Of a stretch of DNA of 53,888 nucleotides, positions 8,201 through 15,450 are shown piece by piece. The stretch covers positions 1 through 53,888 of the forward strand of contig JBBSXA010000009.1 in the NCBI GenBank assembly GCA_038045985.1, read 5' to 3'. The notes under the pieces were generated by a model. The model was not told the DNA's origin. It did not search any database and saw only the letters and a list, made by a program, of their open reading frames with translations. Position numbers and translations under genes: made by a program. This DNA is from Nanobdellota archaeon (GTDB lineage Archaea > Nanobdellota > Nanobdellia > Pacearchaeales > GW2011-AR1). Within the stretch, counting starts at the first letter, position 1, and the number at the start of each line of letters is the position of its first letter.

Positions 8201-10614
8201 TTGTAAATCTTTTAGAAGCTTCAGAGCTGACTTATGATGGAAATCCTTTAAGCCCAAGAGTCAAAAATATCTCTTATGAATATGATAATTTTGGAAATAT
8301 TGTTAAAATACACAATAAAGGGGATATTGATAATTTAAATGATGACAGGTATGAGTATTACAACTATTTAAATAATTCAGCAAAATGGATAGTAAACAAA
8401 CTAAAGAATTACACATTGCTTAAGTTTGATAATTCAACAAAGACAAAAGAAAGGCTTTACAGCTACGACAACCTGGCTTACGGCCAGGCTCCGACTAAGG
8501 GAAGCCTGACAAAAGAAGAACACTGGCTTAGTGCTGGGACTAATCCAGTAATAAATTACAGCTATAACAGCTTTGGAAATTTAATCAATCAGACAGATGC
8601 AAGAGGCTATGTGACTAAATACAGATATGACCTCACAGGCACTTTTGTCAAAAATATAACTGATCCTAAAGGATTTATAACCCAATATGATTACGACTTA
8701 GGAACAGGAAACTTGAATTATATTTTAGACTTAAACAGCAAGTTTACAAATTACACTTATGATATTTTTGGAAGGATAACAAGGGAAATTCAGCCATATG
8801 ACTCTTTAAGCTTCCCTACAAAGAATTATACATATGAGTTTGATGGAATTGCTCCAGAGAAAATAAAAACAAGCCAGAGAGAGCAGAATAACACTGCAAA
8901 TACCTATGACAGCTATGAATTTTATGATGGTTTTGAAAGATTAATTCAGACTAAGACAGAAGCAGATAATAATAAAGAAATTGTCAATGATGTTTATTAT
9001 GACAGCATTGGAAGAGTTGATAAAAAAAGCAATTCGTATTTTACAGCTTTTGACAGCAACTATACAAATGCAAACTCAACTGTAAACTTCACAAAATATT
9101 CTTATGATATTTTAAATAGAGTTGTTAACACAACAAACTCTGATTCAACTTCAAGCAATGCAACTTACTCCCATTGGAACGTTACTTTTTATGATGAGAA
9201 TGGAAACAGGCTGGATCATTCTATGAATGCTTACAATCAAATAGTTGCAATAAGAGAATACAATCAAAACCAGACTTACATAACAAAATACACTTATGAT
9301 TCATCAGACAACTTACTAAGTATAACTGATTCATTAAATAATACATGGAACTATACTTATGACAGCCTCAGCAGAAAAACCTCTATGAAAGATCCTGATA
9401 CAGGAATCAGCAATTACAGCTATGATGCAAATGGCAATTTAATCCAGCAAATCTCTGGAGGCGGCAACCTCATAACAGGCGATAATTTCTATCGCGAATA
9501 TGACAATTTCGGCAGATTAAAAGCAATCTACGAAGGAAACGACAACAGCACATTAATTGAGCAATACACTTATGATCCTAACGGAGAGAGAATAAAAACC
9601 TTCAATAATATTACAAACACAACAACATACACTCCATTCAGAGAGTTCATGCAGATAAGAAATTCTTCTGGCATTTTTAATTACACTTATATTTATGACA
9701 ATGATATTTTAGTAGCTCGTATCAACCCAGATGGAAGCAAATGGTTTTATCATGCAGATCATCTTGGCTCGACGACGCTGATAACAAACCAGAGTGGAGG
9801 TATAGTAGAGAACACCTTTTACTTACCCTATGGAGAGGTAGATAGTGGGGGAACGCAGGAAAAGAAATTGTATGAAAACAAAGAATTTGATTTATCAACA
9901 GGACAATATTACTACGGAGCTAGATACTATGACCCATACAAACAAATCTTTATTCAGCCTGACAGCATAATACCTAATGTGTATGATCCGCAGCAGTTGA
10001 ACATATACTCGTTCAAAAGAACAAATCCGTATACTTATGTGGATCCGAGTGGGCATTCTATAATAGATTTTGCTACTCTCCTTGGAAACTATGTAACAAA
10101 AAAGTTTGGCTATTGGTTATTAGGAAAATCTTATGAGGGTGCCACTAGTAAGATTGAAGCACCCAAAGGGAGCAAGTTTTATGCAGACTCAGTTGATATT
10201 AGTATTGGGGGAATTAGTACGGCAACGAAGGTCGTTAGTAAGGCTGATGATTTAGCAGATGCATTTAAATTTTTGGATAAAGGAGAGAATATTGGAAAGG
10301 GAGCTAGTAAAGTTGATGAAGTTGCTGGCATTGGTAAAAATTTTGGTAGTGGGATGACAATAGAAAAAATAGATCCTAATAAGATAAGTCATATCTTACA
10401 ATCTCAACACAATTGGGGAAAGGTCGTTGATAATCCTGATAACTGGGATCAGATTTCTAAGGTTATTGACGATGTTTTGAAAAGTGGAAGTAAAATTCCC
10501 CATAGTTCACAGCCTAATATAGATGTTTATACAAAACAAATAAAAGGACAAACAGTTGAAGTTAGGTTTAATAATAAATATGGAATAGAAAATGCTTTCG
10601 TACAAAATGGATAA
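5290..10614 (+). CDS. Rhs/YD-repeat polymorphic toxin with TcB/TcC-like architecture
   Basis: In order: SpvB/TcdB-N-like LSVPQGTNSLKPTLELFYNSHQS...GGGWSL; six FG-GAP modules (DVNGDGLxDI); YNYSGGKYEYYPKNEFRGFNY; many YxYDxxGN repeats; Rhs core YHADHLGSTTLITNQSG...YYGARYYDPYKQIFIQPDS...NPYTYVDPSGH; then a 186-aa unrelated tip. Confidence 0.9.
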   Translation: MGVKRKRGIFVLVACLFFIIIQFGTISATDLPPESSAPYPDTGTFVPRQGEVGVRGSIGISLYSGAEIFMYSLSVPQGTNSLKPTLELFYNSHQSKLRQDYIGGGWSLTQNYIERLVNHSSSNISDDKFVLVLNGNYQKLVFSSLDQRYHTEVESFMHITNLSGGDNANGQYWIAKTKDGTSYRFGFINNSELISNLHNYTVRWNLDLVNDTYNNSIFYSYLEDPFTNDSGTSYLDKIEYNNDKSRKIEFLWESADRPDLITTYEEGNKISNSRRLKEVIASANNSLVSRYVIEYINFEPISELTFISNITEYGSDNSSSLSPTKFEYDFSSGAIWDGDTNVNMSYPMCSGYYDDPPGTPRVSNLCFGGADEGNIRFADVNGDGLIDILKSTEGKDASSCPGGTEPCGESEIWISNGTGWTNQTSWNKSYPKCSGYYGDSVTTRESEFCFGGLDEDNIRLEDVNGDGLIDIMKSSGGIDASSCPGGTKSCGSSRILINNGTGWDENTAWNRSYPKCSGSSEDPAGTPKESKLCFGENEADNIRFADVNGDGLFDILYSSGGIDGSSCPGGSQPCGESEIWINNGSGWDINATWNKSYPKCSGAFGDSVTARQSQFCFGDSDSDNIRFADMNGDGLFDILYSSGGIDAGSCPGGTQPCGSSRTLINNGTGWTNDTNWKYPRCSGSSSDPGGTPKQSELCFGDSDSDNIRFADVNGDGLFDILYSSGSIDTTSCPGGTESCGISIIWVNNGSSWINQTSWNKSYPKCSGYYGDSVTTRKADLCFGENDADNIRFSDVNGDGLFDILFSSEGVDIGFCPGGTENCGRSRVYMNNGTTFLLNKITNEFGGISQIHYKESTLLDNTGDDNFSDIGFNIWIVANKTEDNGMDGSHSVQSITTYNYSGGKYEYYPKNEFRGFNYAEEIIGDKVINHWFYQDDAKKGIEYETEAFDNQSNPYSKVLQTWNSTDMGNYYVVNLLEASELTYDGNPLSPRVKNISYEYDNFGNIVKIHNKGDIDNLNDDRYEYYNYLNNSAKWIVNKLKNYTLLKFDNSTKTKERLYSYDNLAYGQAPTKGSLTKEEHWLSAGTNPVINYSYNSFGNLINQTDARGYVTKYRYDLTGTFVKNITDPKGFITQYDYDLGTGNLNYILDLNSKFTNYTYDIFGRITREIQPYDSLSFPTKNYTYEFDGIAPEKIKTSQREQNNTANTYDSYEFYDGFERLIQTKTEADNNKEIVNDVYYDSIGRVDKKSNSYFTAFDSNYTNANSTVNFTKYSYDILNRVVNTTNSDSTSSNATYSHWNVTFYDENGNRLDHSMNAYNQIVAIREYNQNQTYITKYTYDSSDNLLSITDSLNNTWNYTYDSLSRKTSMKDPDTGISNYSYDANGNLIQQISGGGNLITGDNFYREYDNFGRLKAIYEGNDNSTLIEQYTYDPNGERIKTFNNITNTTTYTPFREFMQIRNSSGIFNYTYIYDNDILVARINPDGSKWFYHADHLGSTTLITNQSGGIVENTFYLPYGEVDSGGTQEKKLYENKEFDLSTGQYYYGARYYDPYKQIFIQPDSIIPNVYDPQQLNIYSFKRTNPYTYVDPSGHSIIDFATLLGNYVTKKFGYWLLGKSYEGATSKIEAPKGSKFYADSVDISIGGISTATKVVSKADDLADAFKFLDKGENIGKGASKVDEVAGIGKNFGSGMTIEKIDPNKISHILQSQHNWGKVVDNPDNWDQISKVIDDVLKSGSKIPHSSQPNIDVYTKQIKGQTVEVRFNNKYGIENAFVQNG
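6290..7800 (+). repeat. six tandem ~83-aa FG-GAP-like modules (in-gene tandem repeat, ~250 nt period) with four conserved Cys each
   Basis: Repeated W-N-K-S-Y-P-K-C-S-G ... C-F-G ... D-N-I-R-F-A-D-V-N-G-D-G-L-F-D-I ... S-C-P-G-G-T-x-x-C-G ... N-N-G-T-G-W. Odd and even modules alternate (DPxGTP/CGESEIW versus GDSVTxR/CGSSR). Confidence 0.85.
9616..9968 (+). repeat. copy A of a ~353-nt direct repeat (Rhs core coding sequence)
   Basis: Aligns base by base with 11689-12041. Includes long identical runs, e.g. tatgacaatgatattttagtagctcgtatcaacccagatggaagcaaatggttttatcatgcagatcat. Confidence 0.9.
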
Positions 10615-11083
10615 TAGCAGTTTAATTATAGATATTGAAAGAGGAGATTATTATAATGCAAAAAAGAAAATGAAACAAATTAAATTTTTGGAATTTAAAA
10701 ATTTGCTTTTTGATTATACCCATATCAATGAAAATAACAACATACTTAAATTTTTAAAATATTTATTAAAAAAAGAAAAATCTAAGAAAAAATTAGTAAA
10801 GTTATACTTGCTTGCTTCTGGAATTGTCGAATCTCCACCATATCTTTACAAACTTAAGAATGCTTATAAACTATCTTTAATTTATCTAAGAAAAGCACTT
10901 AGATTAGATCCAAGCAATATTGTGGTTAAGTCCTGCATTTTATTTCTATATGGCTCTCCAGGAGTAAATTTAAAAGAGAAGGAAATTGAAATAATAGCAA
11001 AAGAAGTTTTAGAACAAGAGTCAAAAAATAAAATTGCCAAGAAGGCTTTGGACTATTTAGAAGGGAAAGCTAAAAATAAATAA
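10607..11083 (+). CDS. putative cognate immunity protein (helical, TPR-like)
   Basis: The ATG at 10607 overlaps the Rhs stop (aATGGATAAt). The position immediately after the toxin tip is the canonical immunity slot. No family recognised. Confidence 0.5.
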   Translation: MDNSSLIIDIERGDYYNAKKKMKQIKFLEFKNLLFDYTHINENNNILKFLKYLLKKEKSKKKLVKLYLLASGIVESPPYLYKLKNAYKLSLIYLRKALRLDPSNIVVKSCILFLYGSPGVNLKEKEIEIIAKEVLEQESKNKIAKKALDYLEGKAKNK

Positions 11084-11102
11084 AATATCAAAAAATCCAA
11101 AC

Positions 11103-11678
11103 ATGTCCGAAAGTAAATACAACTTAAAAAAGATAGATGGTTGGTTAATCTTCTTCATAGTAACAATCATCTTTTTTCTACCTGTGTTAAATATCTATGA
11201 GTTCTTTAAAAATCCAATTTTTGGAATTGGAGGATATTTTGACTTATTTGGCATGGTCACTGCTATGATTTCATCTGGAATTTTTCTTTTATTTAAAAAA
11301 AGTTACTCAATAACCTTTACAAAGGCAGTATTAATTTCCTTTTTTATTGCTACAGTAGTTTATTTTCCATTAAAAGGATCTATTCTGGTAATAAATATTC
11401 TTTATCCAATAATTTGGTTTGTTTATTTTAGTTATTCTAAAAAAATGAATGTAATATATGGAAAAATAAAACCTCTTAAAAATGGAAAACTAGTTTTACC
11501 AATTTTTTCAATGATTTATTCCATAATCTCTCCAATTTTAGGATTAGTCATGAGTATTTTTTCTTTGAAACAAATTAGAAAAAATAAAAGATTAAAAGGT
11601 TTTAGATTATCTGTTTTTGCATTAGTAATTTCAATTATTTTGATTATCTTTGCGATCTTAGATTTAATATTTATTTAA
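11103..11678 (+). CDS. multi-pass membrane protein (about 5 hydrophobic segments)
   Basis: ORF track; hydrophobic throughout. Lies between the immunity candidate and the orphan Rhs core. Confidence 0.5.
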   Translation: MSESKYNLKKIDGWLIFFIVTIIFFLPVLNIYEFFKNPIFGIGGYFDLFGMVTAMISSGIFLLFKKSYSITFTKAVLISFFIATVVYFPLKGSILVINILYPIIWFVYFSYSKKMNVIYGKIKPLKNGKLVLPIFSMIYSIISPILGLVMSIFSLKQIRKNKRLKGFRLSVFALVISIILIIFAILDLIFI

Positions 11679-11679
11679 A

Positions 11680-12102
11680 ATGAAATCAAACACAACAACC
11701 TACACTCCATTTAGAGAGTTCATGCAGATAAGAAACTCTTCAGGAGTTTATAATTATACTTACGTCTATGACAATGATATTTTAGTAGCTCGTATCAACC
11801 CAGATGGAAGCAAATGGTTTTATCATGCAGATCATTTAGGTTCAACAACTTTGATTACAAATCAGTCTGGAGGTATAGTAGAGAACACCTTTTACTTACC
11901 CTATGGAGAGGTGGATAGCGGCGGAACGCAGGAAAAAAGGCTTTATGAATCTAAGGAGTTTGACAGTGCAACAGGGCAGTATTATTATGGCGCAAGATAC
12001 TATGACCCATACAAACAAATCTTTATTCAGCCTGACAGCATTGAGAATTCAAAAGAGTTAAAATGGAAAAGCAATTTATGGTTAAAAGGGCTGAAAAAAT
12101 AG
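11680..12102 (+). CDS. orphan Rhs core fragment (140 aa) lacking the DPxG cleavage motif and any toxin tip
   Basis: About 90% aa identity to residues encoded at 9616-9968 of the main rhs gene. Homology ends exactly at ...IFIQPDSI, followed by 19 unrelated residues and a stop. Confidence 0.75.
   Translation: MKSNTTTYTPFREFMQIRNSSGVYNYTYVYDNDILVARINPDGSKWFYHADHLGSTTLITNQSGGIVENTFYLPYGEVDSGGTQEKRLYESKEFDSATGQYYYGARYYDPYKQIFIQPDSIENSKELKWKSNLWLKGLKK
11689..12041 (+). repeat. copy B of the ~353-nt Rhs-core direct repeat
   Basis: See copy A at 9616-9968. Confidence 0.9.
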
Positions 12103-12104
12103 AA

Positions 12105-13253
12105 ATGAAAAAGGAAAAAATAGAGGAAGGAAGAGAGGAGAATAGAATCGTTCTGATTCTGGTGGCAGTTGCCTTATCATTGTTAATTCTTCCAAATATC
12201 TCAGCATCAATTCAGAATTTATCTTATGACAGCGGAAAGAATACAATCAATACAAGTTATGACAGCAAAAACAGAATTCTGAATCAGACAGGAGATTCTG
12301 ACTGGAATAAATATTTTTATGATGTTGGCATGAATGACACAATAACCAATATAAGCAATGATGATAATGTTGCTATTAAGTATGAATATGATAATAAAAA
12401 GAGAGTTATTAAAGAGACAAAAGAAATTGACGGCTTAATATTTGAAAGAAAGAGCTCATTTGATTCCTTTGATAGGCCAGTAAATTTATATGGCTCAATG
12501 AATACAATGAATTTTACTTATGGAAACAATTCATTGGTTTCAGCCATATTAAATGTAATTAGCTCAATATTCTATAACGAGCAGAAACAGCCTTTAAATA
12601 AGACTTACAACAATAATCTTGCCACTAATTTCACTTATTATGTTAATTTTAGACTCAAGGAAATCAAAACAGGCAATAAACAGGGCTTATTTTATAGTTA
12701 TGATAATGCTGGAAATGTAAAAAACATTAATGATACTGCAAACTTAAGAGTTTATTCCATGTCTTATGATAATTTAAACAGATTAATAAGCGCCGACATA
12801 AAAAATAATGCAAATTCAAGCGATAATCCTATTAATTACAACTATAACTCAATAGGCAATATATTGAACAGCACTTCGCCCAGCAGAAATTTAACTTATT
12901 ATTACGGCCAAACCAGAGTTCATGCACCAATTTCTATAGATGATGGAGCTTCTTCACAGCTAATTGATGTTTACAATTTAACGCATCTCAATACACAGGC
13001 TGTTAAAAGACTAACTTTTGGCTTCTTTATCCAGAATCTTAACAGCTCAACAATGAATAATATTTCTTGGAATTTTAATACAGGGCAGAGTAATATAACT
13101 TCCGTAACAAATTCAACACTTATTTCAAACAAGAGCAAATATGTTATTGTAGAATATGAATATCAGGGAACTGGCATAGAGAATCGAACAGTGATCGCAA
13201 CAGCGTCATCAAATGGCATTTCAGACTCAGAATCAATTGAGGTGATAGCATGA
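12105..13253 (+). CDS. short secreted YD-repeat protein
   Basis: Signal anchor IVLILVAVALSLLILPNISA, then YD-type repeats (LSYDSGKN, SYDSKNRIL, YEYDNKKRVI, YSYDNAGNV, MSYDNLNRL). ATG 12105 lies 2 nt after the orphan's stop. Confidence 0.65.
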   Translation: MKKEKIEEGREENRIVLILVAVALSLLILPNISASIQNLSYDSGKNTINTSYDSKNRILNQTGDSDWNKYFYDVGMNDTITNISNDDNVAIKYEYDNKKRVIKETKEIDGLIFERKSSFDSFDRPVNLYGSMNTMNFTYGNNSLVSAILNVISSIFYNEQKQPLNKTYNNNLATNFTYYVNFRLKEIKTGNKQGLFYSYDNAGNVKNINDTANLRVYSMSYDNLNRLISADIKNNANSSDNPINYNYNSIGNILNSTSPSRNLTYYYGQTRVHAPISIDDGASSQLIDVYNLTHLNTQAVKRLTFGFFIQNLNSSTMNNISWNFNTGQSNITSVTNSTLISNKSKYVIVEYEYQGTGIENRTVIATASSNGISDSESIEVIA

Positions 13254-15199
13254 AAATAAATCTGGATAAAAAGAGAAAAGTGACGTTAGGAATATTCATA
13301 GTTTTAACTATTTTAATATCTTTGATTTTGTTTGTTAAATCTTTAGGTGAAACAAGCTTAAATTTCAATGATTTAAATTCTCAATGGGAAATAAATAATG
13401 AGAAACTAATTTATTACTTCGACAAGGATTCTGGCTTAAAATTTAGTAATAATAAAGATTATTATGAAAATAGGTTAGAGATTTGCGTTTATATTGGAGC
13501 AAATGAAAATTGTATTGATAAGCTTAACTTGAATCAGCCAATTTACGACGGTAAAAACATAGATTTAATAGGAACTTATGAAAATGAATTATTTGTCTTT
13601 AATTTAACTTACAGAGTTTCCAATGAAATAAGGCAGTTAAGCTGGGAAAACATGGAAATCAAGCATGAGCTTGAATTAATACCTAGATTGACATTAAAAA
13701 CAGGTATAAATGAAGATGTTGGCATAAAATTCAGGTTTAAAGATATTAATATGGAAAATACTTCAGAAAATGATTATATTTATATTGGCAAGAAGAAATA
13801 CTTTTTGAATCAAAACTTGGATTTAGAATTTGAAAATATAACTCAAATATTAGAAAGCAAAGACACAACTTATACAATTAATCAAGATTGTTATAATTCT
13901 TGTGAGTTAGATAATATAAATTGCGAAGATAGATGCAGAATTGCTGATGAGAAAGTTGTAGGATATATCTATAAGAGCTTGCCTTATTTTATGATCCAAG
14001 AAAGAAATGAGTTTCAATGGCTTTTATGGGATGAAAGCCTTGATTATAAATTAAATATTAAGACAGAAGAAACTCAATACAATGCTCCAGTAACTTTGGA
14101 GATTAATTTCGGAAAAGTCTCTGAAGCAACAACTTCTTTGTACTGGTATGATCCTCAAGTCAAATTTTACGATAATTTTGACGATAATTCCTTATCTTCC
14201 AATTGGACGGAGATTAATCAAGATGCAGGAAGCGATTTAAAAGAAGAAAATCAGATTTTGAATTTAACAACAGGGCCAGGATATGCCCATACAGGTACAA
14301 CTGCTTTGATAGGAGATAAATGCCCTCTTGCTGATGGATGCAATCCAATAGAATATGACAAATCTGGAAATTATACAATAAGCTTTGACTGGAAATTTAA
14401 CTGGAATGGGTCAAAAGCAGGGCATGATGGAGTATGGATAATGCATCCAGATGCTCATATGAATCCATCTGATGGTGGAAACAGAGAGCTGACCTATTAT
14501 TCAGGAGTTATGGGAAGAACACTTTTCTACTCTTTAGGAAGAGGATGCGCTGCAGGAACAAATGAAAGCGTATTAATTGCTGCTGATGACAATTCAAGCT
14601 CCTGGCATTGCACTTGGGAGCATGAAGTTGCAAGAAATAACAGCAATATTTTTACAGAGGCTGCTTGGTATTCTGTAAAGATACTTGTTAATTGGAATAC
14701 AAATTATACTGAAGTAAGAGTGAATGACAACATTGTTGCCAATGGAACAATTAATTCAACATGGGCAAGTGCAATAGGCAGTAAATTTAGAGTTGAGATG
14801 CATGTATCGCATTATCCTTACACAAGCGCAAGCGAGAATGACAATTATGACAATTTCACAATTTATGATTACTGGGTTTCTGCTTCATCTGCAAATGAAT
14901 CTCATGGCAGAAATGCAATTGTTGAAGGAATAAACAACATAATTCCCAATTCAACAATTTACACTGATTTTGAAGTTGATATAAGGTATTTCAATGGAAC
15001 TCAGGCAAGAGGCAGTTTTGATAAAGTTGCTTTCTTAAATAATCAAACATGGGCTTTCAATTACATAACAGGAAGTGAAAGCTCAACAAATTTAAACAGC
15101 AGTTCATATAAAATATTCAATGTTTGGGAGAAAGGCGGACTGACTTACAGCCAGATTGTCAGCCAGGTTCAGAGTTATATTAATCAGACAAAAATATAG
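13250..15199 (+). CDS. secreted protein, C-terminal half possibly a concanavalin/LamG-like lectin fold
   Basis: ATGA overlap with the upstream gene. Signal anchor. Segment FYDNFDDNSLSSNWTEINQD...LNLTTG is typical of LamG-like domain starts (weak, by eye). Confidence 0.55.
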   Translation: MKINLDKKRKVTLGIFIVLTILISLILFVKSLGETSLNFNDLNSQWEINNEKLIYYFDKDSGLKFSNNKDYYENRLEICVYIGANENCIDKLNLNQPIYDGKNIDLIGTYENELFVFNLTYRVSNEIRQLSWENMEIKHELELIPRLTLKTGINEDVGIKFRFKDINMENTSENDYIYIGKKKYFLNQNLDLEFENITQILESKDTTYTINQDCYNSCELDNINCEDRCRIADEKVVGYIYKSLPYFMIQERNEFQWLLWDESLDYKLNIKTEETQYNAPVTLEINFGKVSEATTSLYWYDPQVKFYDNFDDNSLSSNWTEINQDAGSDLKEENQILNLTTGPGYAHTGTTALIGDKCPLADGCNPIEYDKSGNYTISFDWKFNWNGSKAGHDGVWIMHPDAHMNPSDGGNRELTYYSGVMGRTLFYSLGRGCAAGTNESVLIAADDNSSSWHCTWEHEVARNNSNIFTEAAWYSVKILVNWNTNYTEVRVNDNIVANGTINSTWASAIGSKFRVEMHVSHYPYTSASENDNYDNFTIYDYWVSASSANESHGRNAIVEGINNIIPNSTIYTDFEVDIRYFNGTQARGSFDKVAFLNNQTWAFNYITGSESSTNLNSSSYKIFNVWEKGGLTYSQIVSQVQSYINQTKI

Positions 15200-15210
15200 A
15201 TAAGATTTAT

Positions 15211-15250
15211 AAAGTTACTTTACGTTACTTCTAATTACTAAAAGTAACTT
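15211..15250. promoter_or_regulatory. inverted repeat AAGTTACTT / AAGTAACTT plus a third half-site, just upstream of the RHH gene
   Basis: aagttactt at 15212-15220; cgttactt at 15223-15230; aagtaactt (exact reverse complement) at 15242-15250. The ATG is at 15256. Confidence 0.5.
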
Positions 15251-15255
15251 ATATT

Positions 15256-15450
15256 ATGGCAAGGAAACCAAAATTTAAAGATTCTGTAGTTAAAATTGAT
15301 TCTGTTCTAAATGAAAATATAGAAGAATTTATTTCTGATGACGAAAATAGACTAAAATTTGTTAGTAAGAAACATTTTGTGGATTTAGCAATCCAGAATT
15401 TTTTTAAGAAAATTAAAGAAGATGGAGATACTAAGAATGAGAAACATTAA
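15256..15450 (+). CDS. small ribbon-helix-helix (CopG/MetJ-like) DNA-binding protein
   Basis: 64 aa. Basic N-terminal strand (RKPKFKDSVVKIDS) followed by two predicted helices. Overlaps the start of the giant adhesin gene. Confidence 0.45.
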   Translation: MARKPKFKDSVVKIDSVLNENIEEFISDDENRLKFVSKKHFVDLAIQNFFKKIKEDGDTKNEKH

